Shown here piece by piece: positions 1-12,232 of a stretch of 64,000 nucleotides of DNA. The stretch is from Macrostomum lignano. Lineage: Eukaryota. A program made the translations under genes and the position numbers. Location of the stretch: the NCBI GenBank assembly GCA_002269645.1, contig NIVC01001271.1, positions 114,633-178,632 of the forward strand, given 5' to 3'. Numbering within the stretch: the first letter of the stretch is position 1; every line of letters starts with the position of its first letter. The notes under the pieces were generated by a model that searched no databases, was not told the DNA's origin, and was given only the letters and a program-made list of their open reading frames with translations.

Positions 1-119
1 GTCTCTGTCCTAAATCGGTGGACACCCCGACAGTGTCTCCTCTTGGCACCTCTTAGTGTCTCCTATTCTCGGACACCCCGCCTTTGATTGAGCATCTGAT
101 TGATTGATCACCTGTGCAG

Positions 120-1629
120 GACATTGAGCATGTGCTGCTAGTTGGCGTCTGTGGCTCGGTGTGCAACCTGGGCGACCTGGCCAAGAGCAGCCGCCTTGGC
201 GACATCATTATCGCATCGCCCAGCCGCGAGCAGGACAGCGCCTACATCTACTGCGACAATGTCGACGAAGACGACTCCGGGCAGTTCAGCTTCAGCCTGA
301 AGAACTGGACCATCCCGGATCCCAGCCTCATGCGCAAAGCTGCCAGTCTGGTTAATGAGTACGGGCCCAGCTTTGAGAATGTAAGTGCGCTTTGCGTCCT
401 GCGTCTGAGAACCACTTGGAGTTGGGATTGTCATGTCCGTTAAAAACGCCTCCAGCACGCCTCAGATACGACTCTACGGTGCCAGAGTCGTGATAGAAAC
501 ACCCCAGAGTCGCTTTAGAGTCTAAGATTTTGACATCTTTTCGTCTTAAGGTCGTCATAGATTGATAGATAAGCTATTGTCGCTTTCATTTTACCCGTTA
601 CCTGGAACGACTCAGAAGCGACTCTGGGATGCTTCTTGGCCTAGGTACCATTTTCATCGGGATGCATCTGGGAACCACCTCGAATTGGGCTGTCAAGGGT
701 GAGTTGAATTGAGTAATCTCAAGGATCCAGGGATCGGTTGAGCTCAGAATCATCTCAAGGATTCAGGGATCGGTTGAGCCTGGGTTTTTTTTTTCGTCCA
801 TAACTTGGGGGCAATTTCGCACCCTGTGCTAGATTTCAGGGTGCGATTTTCAAGACCAGGATGCGCTGCACTGCTGCAAACCAAAACTGGTCTAACACTA
901 ATAGTGTGTTTCAAATTACTGGCTAATTCTAAGAATATGAAGTTACGGACTTAAGATGTCCATAACAGTAAAACACTAAATTGTAAAACCCGCATCACAT
1001 CCTTGCAAAAATTTGGGTGCGCTTTTCGCACCCTGAGTCAAATTTCAGGGTGCGATTTTTAAGACCAGGATGCTATTCGCACCCATTCGCACAAAAAAAC
1101 CCAGGGTTGAGCTCAGAATCATCTCAAGGATCCAGGGTCCAGTTGAGATTACCGTGTCCTAGATCCAGGCACTCCACTGCATCAGCGGCCGACCCGCACC
1201 CCGCAGGCGCCGTGGAACCAGCTCTTCGCCGAAGTGGTCAGCCAGCTGTCCGACTTTGCCCGGCCGGAAGGCGTCGAGGACAAGGTGCAAATGCAGCTGG
1301 GCGACGGGCAGATCATCGAGATCGCTCCGCCGAGCATCGACCGCGCTGGCAACTGGCCGATGGTGCGCCTCGGACCGCTCGGCTGCGGCAAGCCGGTGGT
1401 GTCGGACACCTACCTGCGCACCGCCTTCGCCGACGAGCGCGGCCTGCTTGGCTACGACACCGAGTTCGACCAGGTGCTAGAGAGTATCCTTGGCAACCGG
1501 TGCAACTCGTTTCTAATTGTGCGCGCCTGCTCCGACTATCACGACGGTCAGAAGGGAAACGTGTGGCAGCCGTACGCCAGCATGCAGGCTGCCGCCTTTG
1601 CCAAATCGGTGCTGCTGCAGCTGGCTTAA
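120..1629 (+). CDS. 3' part of a nucleoside phosphorylase-fold (PNP_UDP_1 / ATP nucleosidase-like) protein; exons 120-380 and 1207-1629; 5' exons lie upstream of the window
   Basis: Acceptor tgcag at 115-119, donor gtaagt at 381 and acceptor ccgcag at 1201-1206 join in phase 0. Motifs LVGVCGSV, LGDIIIAS, GYDTEF, IVRACSDYHDG and WQPYASMQAAAFAKSVL match the MTA/SAH-nucleosidase/PNP fold (GxxG, GDVVV, EME-like, RgiSDyaD). Confidence 0.8.
779..1105. mobile_element. Small MITE-like insertion in the nucleosidase intron
   Basis: Termini CCTGGGTTTTTTT / AAAAAAACCCAGG. Flanked on both sides by GTTGAG (773-778, 1106-1111). Contains an internal direct repeat (ttcgcaccctg...aagaccaggatgc). Confidence 0.45.
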
Positions 1630-3677
1630 CTCTGCTCCCCGCGACTGGCCGGTGTTTCTAACTCCCAATTATCCTGTAGTAACTCAGTTATATTTGATTC
1701 AATAGGAAATTACAGCTATAGAGATATGGAGATGTCATACATGCAGCGGACATTAAGTTCAAACTAAACTAACAAAGAATTCAATTTCTTGAACATTGTA
1801 CCGTTGATTCTCTTGCGTCTCCAACAGCCAACACACTACGACTGGATCAATATGGATTGATTTAAATCTGATCGATATTAATTTTTTTCATATTTACTTA
1901 TAAGTAACATTAGCACTATTTCCATTATTAATAATCCATTATTATTACAGTAGTATTTGTGTTTGCAGTTTATTTTGTTCAGTAAAAATGAAAGTACCAG
2001 CTTAACTTGTTTTTTTTATATTATTCTTTAATTTCTGTCTGTCTGTCCCTAGGCCTAATTGTACAATTTTAACCATATTTTTCTATGTTTTCATAGAATG
2101 AATTAATATGTATCGATGAGTCTACAAAATGTCTTCCTTTATTATTACTGTTGTTATAGAAAATCTATTTACATAATTAGATACAATAGTATATATCATT
2201 ATATTGACCTTCGCTTTGTGTAGCCCTTAGATTGTTGCGTTCCATCTGCCTGGTTGTGCTTATTGTGCTGCTACGAGTACATGTACACTGTACACACGCT
2301 CTCACAGGGAATGTATGTACACTCACTGCTTTGGGTTTAAATCATGTGTGTGAATCGCACGACTACTTTTATAGGCAATTAATTCTAGAGGAGATAAGAT
2401 AAGAGATTAAACAAAATTAGGGGTGTGTGAGTGGGTCGGAACACAGTATTAAAAAATCGATATTTGAGTAATAAACTTCAGTTTATCGCGCGGGCACGAT
2501 AATAGGGGAGATAGAAAGACACCAAAAGCGTGAATTTAGTGGAGTTGACCAAATAAAATAGACAGCGCAGTGCCGAGCCGTCGACAGCTCAGCATGCACA
2601 AAAGCCAATAATTAATGCTGGTTATTTAACCTACTAATAGCGTGCTCTTCTCTGCCTAATGCGGTAGCTTTTACAGCGGCTCCGCATTGTGAAATCCATT
2701 CCAATATGCTGCACTGTGAGCCCGTGATTTTTTATTGGAAGCTAATTATTTAACCCATCTTTTCTCCCTGGCTTCCCATTTTACCTCCATTAAATCTTCT
2801 TTAATCGACTCTAATCCGACATTATTAACCAATTTTTCATAGGCTGACTGTGCTAAAAACAAATTATCCATTATTGCTTTCTTTAAACATTGATATAATT
2901 ACTATATTTATACAGCTCTGATTATTCTGGACAATTACTGTAGTAACTGTACACATTTAACGTGTACATTGTGTCTAGATGTTACGTATACTCAGCAACA
3001 TCGAAAAGTCGCCATCACGAAAGATTCCGTCTGTGGACGCCACTTTTGAGAGTGCAGGTAAAGTCTCTCAATCTTGGCGAGTGGCGCAACTTATCGTCGC
3101 TCGGAATGAAGTGGGGGAGCTCTGTGCGAGTGTTGGACGGATTAAAGCTAACCCGATCGGTTTTCTCATAGTACGAGCTACTCATTGATTGCCTGCCAGT
3201 AATTGATTTGTGATTTCAATGACCGAATGATTTTTCCGCTTCAATTTTCTACGCGAATGACCCCATTATATCAAATCTGATAATCCTGATCAATTCAGAG
3301 TTTTCAATCCTGATTTAAATTAAGCGCTAAATCATAATCATAATTTTAATGTGTTTAAACACTGCACCAGCTTTGCTATATTTTGTCTCTGTCAAGCCAT
3401 AGTTTTATACCTTTTTAAAACTGACTAATAAACACGTTTATTCTTTAAAAAATACAGCGAGTTTTGCCCGCTAAGGGATTGAATATGTCAATATATAAAA
3501 ATTGTTTATTTCAGTTTTGATATTATTAACTGTGTGTGTATTAATTTTCGTAACTACATATTTGTTAAAATAGGCTAGTGGTTAGATAAACTTTATTAAT
3601 TAGGCCCGTTTATGTAAATTTTAATTTGTAAGGCTTGTCTGCTGTCACACAGATTTATTTGATTCCCGCACCGTCTA

Positions 3678-5272
3678 CACCATTTTACCTCCTATTTTGA
3701 ACAAAGTCTTGTTCAAAAGAAGCAAGCAGAATTTCCATTTAAACAAAGTCCCTTTCTATTGAAACAGAAGAACTTCAATTCAGACTGTCTGTGGCCAAAG
3801 TTGTCTCCGAGTGACGCGCATGCGCAGATTTGAAATTCAAAAGAAACAAAGTCACACTCTATTTCGACAGATATTTTTTGCACATACATTGTATCACGCT
3901 GGCGCGCGTTAGATGCACGATTTACTGTGCGTCTAATGTAGGTGTCTATGGCAATTTTCTATCTGAGTAAAGGCAACAAGCGTGCGTCTAACGCGTGCGT
4001 GTAATGCACGGAAAGTGAGTATATTTTAATAAGTATACTTCTGCTACAAGTACAACGAACGAATAACAGGGAACTGTGTAAACAAGGTAGACTGCGTAGA
4101 CGATTACCTATCATTGACAGGGAAAGCGAATGAGGATGAAGGCGTTCTGCATTTGGAAGTTCAGTGTGGGAAAATTATTACTCATTGTTATTACTCACTC
4201 TAAGAATTGAACGTGCAGTTGTTGACAGTGTTGTAGAAGTTATAAACCACAGTTGGTTTCTTCTTGGCGTCATCACTTGGCGTCCCACCAGCAACGTCCG
4301 ACGTGTCAGAAACGACGGATGGTTCTCCATGAAGCTCTGCAACTTACCGACATAATATTCGGTAGCCTTTGTCACACTTTTACTAGCAGCGGTGTCCTCG
4401 ATTTCGGAAACGAGCTGTTCCAATTCAAGTAGTTCAGCTTCTTCGTCAGGCATCTTCTTGAAAAGTGCCTCCAGAAGATCCTCCTCTTCTCGATCAATTG
4501 CCGACTCCGGTAGATTATCAGGCTCGTTCAGAATGTCGTCAATCTCATTGGTGGACAAGCCGGAAATCATTTCGTTCGGAAATTTGCTCAGATTCAGAAG
4601 TCTGACTTTAGTTGGTGGCTCAGCCATATTCTCTCACAAGTGATTTTAATTTAACAGCTTCTTATTCCCTTCTTCGCAACACTCAATCAACTTGCGTGCC
4701 TTTCACGCATTTTTGTCTATGGTTAAGACAAATTAACTGAGCGTGCATCTAACGCGCCATCTAAAGTATTAAGCCAACGTAATACAATGCAACTCATACC
4801 TGCGCGCACTCGTGCATAGACCATTTAAGCACGCAAAATCGATGTATGAATCCTACATTTAGATACGAGTACATTTTAGTACATTAATCTAACTTCTTGT
4901 TTTTCATGTACTGCATAACTATACAATCGTTGCGCAATAAGAAACGATATGAATGCTGAAGATAAGATTGAAGAAGACGATGAATTGCTGGTAGATGGAA
5001 TCGATGAATTTGAAGCAGAATTCGATGAAGATATCATGGAACAGCAGCCTCGGCTGTGCACTATTGTTTGCACTTTCAAATCTGCGCATGCGCGTCATTC
5101 GGGGACAATTTTGGCCACAGACAGTCTGAATTGAAGTTCTTCCGTTTCAATAGAAAAGGACTTTGTTTGATTTGAATTTCCGCAAGGGCTGTTATTTCTT
5201 AAAGTGTTTGAATTGAAGTTCTGCTTGTTTCTTTTGAACAAGACTTTGTTCAAAATAGGAGGTAAAATGGTG
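3678..5272. mobile_element. Non-autonomous DNA element with long TIRs and TA flanks, carrying a deleted Crypton-like ORF
   Basis: TA|CACCATTTTACCTCCTATTTTGAACAAAGTC... at 3676 and ...GACTTTGTTCAAAATAGGAGGTAAAATGGTG|TA ending at 5274. The TIRs span about 3678-3836 and 5074-5272. Internal minus-strand ORF at 4178-4627. Confidence 0.8.
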
Positions 5273-8200
5273 TACTAATTCCTACTTAAGTGGTGGTTCA
5301 GTCTTCCACTTAGATCTTGCTTCTAATCAAGTAAGGCATGGATTGGGGACTAAGTTTCTCCTTTCTCATTTCGATAATCCATTCGCTTAGTTCAGCTAGA
5401 CAAAGTCCTGTCTGTTTCAACTCATTTTTTTCCGAAGACAAGTTCAACTAATATTGGATTCTTATTTTATCTAATAGGGTTCACGTTCATCTTCAAACTG
5501 ACGTACCGTCGAGACCTTCGGCATGATGAGAAATAAGATTTGCCAGACTTTGAATTGGTTGCTAAATCTGTCAAAGCTGCTGTCATTGAGCTTTTTATAA
5601 TTGCTGACAGTGACAGTAACCTTGTTTAAAAAGCTTTTTAATAAGTCTTTGTGGTCAAATGATGAAAATTTATTTGCCCAGGGTTGAATTCGCATCTTCA
5701 GCTTCAGAGTTTCGTTGGTTTTGATGAAGTCATGTTTCAAGCTCTTAATAATTGTTTTAAACTTTTTCATTCTTGTGAAGTTTTATTTCAACTCATGCAG
5801 CTGAGGTTATAATATACATAGGTTAGTATATAAGGTTACGTACTTCGAGGTATATGAGATAAAGCAAAGTGGCAAAATTGATTAAATATAGGATTCAATA
5901 CTTGGAAGCACTCAAAACCAAGTATTGCGTAGTATTGTTTGTAATCACATATTACTCGTGCATTAAATGAATCTGGCCAATATGCGATCACGAGCTATTA
6001 AGCGCGCTTTTTGCGTTGAATGCACGCTTTTATATATTTATATCGAGTTACTTGGTTTTGAGTGCTTAAATATCCTGGTCACCAGTGTGCAAAGCATTGA
6101 ACAGCGGTATATTTATTCGTCTCTGTCAAAGAAACTTGTTTCGTCTCAATCAGAAAAAATATTGTCCCATTTATTCATTTATTTAAGACGAAAGACTTCA
6201 GGGTCGTACTACGAGTCGTATAAAGTCGTATAAAGCTGTCGTAGCGTAAGTTCGATCGTACGTCGGAACTTTTACACTGCGAAGATAGGAGCTAAGATCG
6301 ATCTTATCTTACGATGGCTTTATAGAACGGGCCCGTCCATTTGTTCGTCCTCATCTGCAATGAATCGCCGGTCAAATCGTGGAATTCAATTGTGCTGCCA
6401 GAAACAATGGAAACTACCGCACAATAATCGCGTCACGTTTTTAGTTTGAAGATTACTTTCACTAGTCCTGTTGTAGTTTGCAAAGTACGCTCGTACACTA
6501 ACAGGCTGCGTTTGTGGGCTGATTAGAACCACTCGCACCTTAACTTTGCGACACCATAAGATCTGTGAGACTCCCATCTGGCTCGCTCAGCAATCGTCAT
6601 CGAAGCCCATCACCCAGCTTTTATCACGGTCCAGGTCCAACAGCACACCAATACGCGCCGTACTTTTTAAATAGTATTCAAATCTGACCACATAATGTGG
6701 TTCTGGCAGATCCAGTCAGCACCCGGTCCAGTCTCGCCAGTGCCGATCAGCAAACATCAAAAGCATACTTTCCCACAGTCTGTCATACAGTCTCCAGCAG
6801 ATCCCATTCGATTTGCTTTGGCCTTGCACAGCTTACTTACGTTTGCTGATGCACTTGACAACTACCGGCGATATTGCCTTTATAATTCTGAAATCTTTAT
6901 TCAAGCATTGGAACAAATCACCATGGTGAATGACGAGGCTTTCTGTCAGCCGTATTCATAGGGAGAACTCCGTCTCTAGGAGCTGCTTGACTGGTCCAAT
7001 TGTTCAGGCCGCCAGCCACACCAGAGCTGCTTACCTCCATCTGCCATGACGTGCTGCCTACGCTTCCGACTCGCTTTCGCAAATTTGCAGAATGTTTTTC
7101 ATTTCTCTCGAATCGCCCCCTCTCAACAAGATTAGCGTGTTCTTTATGATGCACTAGTGGCAACTGTCTTTACTAGCATTAGTTTAGACTTGTTGCTAGA
7201 AGTCGATAGTCAATGCTAATTTATTTGTTCTTCTAGCCCAGCGCTACCACTGCAGGACCTTCGCTTTACTTTTACCAGTTCGCGTCATTATTCAGTAAAT
7301 GTGCGTGCTGTTAGAAAAACAACCCACCTCATGCGTGCACTACAGCCCAGTTTGTACGATGTTTGTGATAGAAAGTGCTCGCGTCGCATAAACCGATGTA
7401 CTTTTGTAACCATGACGCGCGTGTTGTGCATCGATGCTGTGAAATTATCTACCCCAACTTGTACCTTGTACGCTCTTCTTCAACCCTGAATTTTTCCAGG
7501 AATTTTCTATCTACACCTGCAGATGTAGGAAAATTGTCGATCAACGCTTTGACAACTAAAGCTTATATATAGGAGGGTACCACTGAGAGAGGCTAGTCCC
7601 TTCTCTTAAAAAACTGTAAGCTGTCTCTTAAGCCCAACTCGGCAGTACTCGTAAACCAGCTGTAGCTAAGTTTATTTGTGCCAATCGACAAACCTACCGT
7701 TGAACGACACATCTAAGGTAATATTCATGCAGAGTATTTCTAAATCTTATTTAAATTCCATGTCTTACGCACGCAGCATTATTCATTTAAAATTCATGGG
7801 ATTTGTTGACTTGCTAAGATTTTGTGCGAAGATATAAAGTTGGTTTTCACATTTTATATTACCGGCTGTAAGAGTTGCCATTTGGTTTTTATCTCTTAAA
7901 TAACTCTTAGCAGACCAATGTGACCCTCCTAGAAAAAATAGGCAAAAACTTTCGTTTGATTTCGGGCAGAGACTAAATGCTTTCATTTTTACTTTATTGA
8001 GCAGTAAAAGTCGAGCTGTTCATAATATGACTGTTATGACAGATGACAGTTATACTCGTATGAGTACTCTTTTGCCGTAATAGTTCGTGTTTTAACAAAC
8101 CTTCGGCTCACTGCCTCTCAAATCGTCTGGTTTCCAGGTTGCGGATCCGCCCGTCGGGCTGCTTTACGGAACGACGGCCGGGGTGAGCTTTGTACTATTT

Positions 8201-8929
8201 GTTGTAATCGATTTCTTCTAACTTACCACCAAAATGCTTTTGAGACTTGTTTTGAGTAACCAAAATACTACTTGAAGTACTTAGGACCCATATAGGGGTT
8301 GATTTTGGAGGTGAGGTGGACCAATACAAATTCAATGCCCATCTAAATGTATTAGCCCTTGTACGCAGAAGCGGCCGGCCTTCGCCACCCCTCATTCCAA
8401 AACCGATACCCGAAGGCATGAGCTCCAAATTGTCTCCCGCACAACCTGTTATTTCCACTCATTTGTCTTCTTCCTACCTTCACCCCTCTAGTATTCAACC
8501 GTCGCCACAGCTATCCAGACAGACCAGTTCTAGACTAGCCGACCTCAATGACCAAAGGACAATAACGAAACTGAGGTTTGAGGGCCAAGCCAAGCAGCCT
8601 GTTAATGTTTGATACAGAAGACTCACAGCAAATGCTTGGGGTGTGATGGTGCCTAACAACGGCACAGAGAGAAACTGCTTGAGCGCAAACCCTACCCCGC
8701 TCAAATCATTCATTACCTTGCATTGTGCCTATGCGTTCTCGTTGACTAAAATTCACTGAAATGCAAATTTCTCTCCATGCAACCACAACGTGCTTTTCTA
8801 CGCAGCGGCAGCAAGCCTTTCTTTTCTTTCCAACTATGGTTCAATGCATGCCATGTATTCCACGCGTGCTTTTCTACGCTTGCCTCGCTTCCTCATTCCG
8901 AAGGATTTTTGGACGGTTAATTCACGATA

Positions 8930-9290
8930 TTTCCACGGCAATTCCATGGGTTTGCCTAGCAGAGAGAACTTCCATATTCAGACGGTAATTCACAGCAATT
9001 CCATGGGTTTGCCTAGCAGAGAGAACTTCCATATTCAGACGGTAATTCACGATATTTCCACAGCAATTCCATGGGTTTGCCAAGCAGTAGCGCAACCAGA
9101 AATTTTTCGAGGGGGCGGATTCTGAGGGTAGTCCCGGGAGGGGGGCGGATGGGTGGCTCTATTTTTGGAGAATTCGCTTGGTCCCCCCTTTGATTTTTTT
9201 CGGCGACCGAACAGAGAGCAGAGAGAAGTTCCGTATTCAGACGGTTAATTCACAATATTTCCACGGCAATTCCGTGGATTTGCCAGACAG
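8930..9290. repeat. Degenerate tandem repeat (unit up to about 70 bp) interrupted by a GC-rich MITE-like fragment at about 9088-9190
   Basis: The string ggtaattcacgatatttccacggcaattccatgggtttgcctagcagagagaacttccatattcagac recurs in whole or in part about four times. Confidence 0.6.
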
Positions 9291-10009
9291 AGAGAGAGAA
9301 ACCAAAGATATATGCATAACCAATCTGACCTCGCCTCACCTCGCTCCAATTCTTGTGCCAAGCTATGAACCATGGATTCCGAGGCTAAACAGTCAAGCAA
9401 AATTCTTAACTTAATAAAAAGTATAAATTCAAGAGTCAGCAAGCGCAGCCATTGCCATCTCGACCATCTCTGAAGACGAGAAAGCCAATCTACTGAAAAG
9501 CCTTCAAAATGTTGACGAACAATCATCGAAGAAAGAAAGATCCGAGGAGGCCAAGCGCTTGGATAGTGAGAAGGAGAGACGTGAAGTCCGGTTCATGGCT
9601 CGGCTGAAGGAAAGCCTTAACAACATAAATAATGCAGATTGTCGTCAAGACGCTCAAAAACTCTTATCCCATTTCCCATGCCCTGGTATTTGGTCATTGA
9701 CCTTTTACTAGGGTCCACCCCTCCCCGTGAGTCCGTACTTTATCAACACCATCTTGAATAGGTCTTCATACCTCTTTATGTTGATAAAATCAATCCCCAT
9801 AAAGAATCTCCCCATCCCTATTCCCCATGCCTCGGTGGTTGGTTTTACGAACTCGTAAGCTACATATAGTTGGGTTGAAGCTACCAAAAATGAAGCTCAT
9901 ATTTGAAATCAGCACCATAAAAAATCTCTATAAAGACAAAATTATGATCCTGTCAAAACTGCAACTAATTTATTAACATAAACTTGAAGAAGTCTATTTC
10001 GTCCTCTCT

Positions 10010-10825
10010 AAAACGCCATCTTTTGAGATTCGAAAGCCAAGAAATGAGATCTCCTGATAGCACAAGTAGCACTTGGTTGCTTCAACTTCAGGTTAGCGGT
10101 TCTGAATTTCTGCAAAACAAGCTCAAGACGCCGCAGATGCTCCTCGACTCCTTTTAAAAAGATGACAACGTCGTCAAGAAATGACAGGCACACTTCCCAA
10201 CGTAGGCCCTTCAGAACGAGTTTCATCAGTCTTTAAAACGTGGCAGGACCATTGCACACACCTTGCGGTAGTCTCTTGTACTGGAATAATCCCTGTGGCG
10301 CATGAAATGCTGTTTTTGCGTGACTCTCTGAGTCCAGCATCACCTGGGTGTATCCGCTAGTGAAGTCGAGCGTTGTGGATCCTGCGAGAGCATCGATCAG
10401 ATCGCTGGTGTGAAGCAGTGGATGACTTCAGAAGTTGAGCAGTCTGAAGTCGTTCACAAAGCGCAAACTGCTGTCCTTCTTCACCATAATGACTGGACTC
10501 GACCACGGAGAATTCGAAGGCTCTACGATGTCGTCTCGCACCATCTGCTCGACCATCTCTGACACAGCTCGCTGGTTCAGCGGTGACAATCGACGAGGAG
10601 GCACTCTAATGGGTTTCGCCGACCCGGTGTCAATTTTGTGGTCAAGGAGTGAAGTGCAGCCCAGGTCGTTTGGACCTTTCGAGAACACATCCCGGCACTG
10701 ATACAGCAGATCTTTGACACACTGAACTTGATTGGCTGTCAGATTTTTATCATCAATGGGCACATTTGGTGCATACTCAGCGATTTGACCTTTCACTGTC
10801 TCAAATTGTATTAACAACTTAGCAG
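10010..10825 (-). pseudogene. Degenerate Ty3/Gypsy pol fragment (reverse transcriptase)
   Basis: HKIDTGSAKPIRVPPRRLSP, SNSPWSSPVIMVKKDSSLRFVNDFRLLN, KTAFHAPQGLFQYKRLPQGVCNGPATF, LSFLDDVVIF and EEHLRRLELVLQKFRTANLKLK. Several stops and frameshifts. No protease or integrase is visible. Confidence 0.9.
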
Positions 10826-12077
10826 CAGGGGCGGGCGACTCGGTGTTAAGAGACCCCCTGCCGCCGAACCCCGTCCATCAGTTTTTTGCCGCCGGGCCAC
10901 CCTCCGATCCGTGGAAGGTGGCCTCCGAGTGCGCCTGGCCGCAGCGCAAACAACAGTGCGTGAATCGGCACGGATTGCGATGTCAGCCGGACAGTCTGTT
11001 GTAGTCGAAGCAGACCGTTCGCTTCAGTGCTGGCTTTGCCGCAGCACCAGCCTGCCGCTGCAGACCCGGTGCCATCAGGTGCGCTGCTACCAATCCGAGG
11101 TCGGTCACCGAGCTGTCCCAGGCGCCGTAACCCGTCTGCTGCACTCTGAACTCGTCGTCATAGCGCAACACGCGACCGCGGTCGAAACCGAGGTCGAGGA
11201 GGTCGCCGATCTTGGCTGTGTGCTTCAGGTACTCGAGCAACTCAGACATGTCGATGGTGCTGTCTCTGAGAACCAGAAGCCTGCCGTCCTTCAGCATCTG
11301 CATCAGTGCATTCGCATTCCCGGTAATCCACTCACCAACAGACAGACTATCCAGAATGAACTGCTTCCCCGCCTGGCTCGATTTGTTCAGCGACAGCCGC
11401 TTCCGAGTGCTGATGAAGTCTAGCACCCGATACGTGCTCGGATGCTGCTGTCCTGGCAGCTGCACCTCATTTGGCCTCCAGCTGTGGGTCCCACTCCTAA
11501 CACCAAATACTCAAAGCATGAGTACTCACCGGGCACCACAACATTCGGTGGTCGCCGCGGCGGCTCACAACTCTGCCGCCCAGCTGCTGGATCTCAGCCT
11601 CCATGCGCGCTTGATCTCGGCGAATCGTCAGCAGGCGCAGCTTCTCCGCTTCCAGCAGCTCCCGGTCCAGGTCGCCAATCCCATGGGTCTCTCCTGCCGC
11701 CCTCCTGTCGTCTAAAGACATTTCGCTGAGCTCCTGCCTCCTTGGATGATCGCTTCTGTCACAATGGTCAATGAGTCCAGAGATCGATGCTGATTGGGCT
11801 CCTGCTGAGTCTTGTGCCTCCGCCTGTCGGAGTCTCTTTTGCAAGGTGTGTTTGTTTCCAGCAGTATGTAGGCCTCGGTGCGCAGCTCGTATACAGTCAT
11901 AGGACTGTGTGACATGACTCAGCAGTCCAAAAAATTCTCAACCAAGGCAGCGAGGCAACTGCTCCAAAGCACGGCATAAAAACCCCCCGGCCTCAACCCC
12001 CACGAGGAGGAGGGTGGGTGCCGGCTGGGGTTGCAAACACGCGAGGGGGTGGAGCTACAACCCTAGGTCATATATGC
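10826..12077 (-). mobile_element. DIRS/Ngaro-type retroelement 5' remnant with gag-like ORF1
   Basis: LEYLKHTAKIGDLLDLGFDRGRVLRYDDEFRVQQ...W is followed by CFDYNRLSG*HRNPCRFTHCCLRCGQAH. This resembles the DIRS/Ngaro gag C-terminal Cys/His motif, with one Cys codon mutated to TGA. A coiled-coil-like N-terminal part lies at 11497-11844 and a GC-rich leader at 11900-12077. Confidence 0.65.
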
Positions 12078-12232
12078 TCAAAGATCTTAGTGCCTGATTG
12101 TCTTTAGGCTTGAGCTATTCCTGGCGAATAAATTATCAGTTGATTGCTTCTCCTGAGTTCCTCGGAGAGATTTAATTTTTCCCGTTGTAATTTACAGGTA
12201 TCTTAATCGAACTTGGATGCTATTAGCAACTA

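Noticed and set aside
1017-1661. 214-aa plus-strand ORF
   Set aside because: It is an alternative frame overlapping the true nucleosidase exon and intronic MITE.
5471-5770. 99-aa Lys-rich ORF, possibly a transposase fragment
   Set aside because: No diagnostic motif recognised.
6200-7170. Possible Harbinger end (gggcccgttctataaagcc on the minus strand) and Myb/SANT-like remnant
   Set aside because: I found no matching second terminus or TSD, and the translation is too degraded to support.
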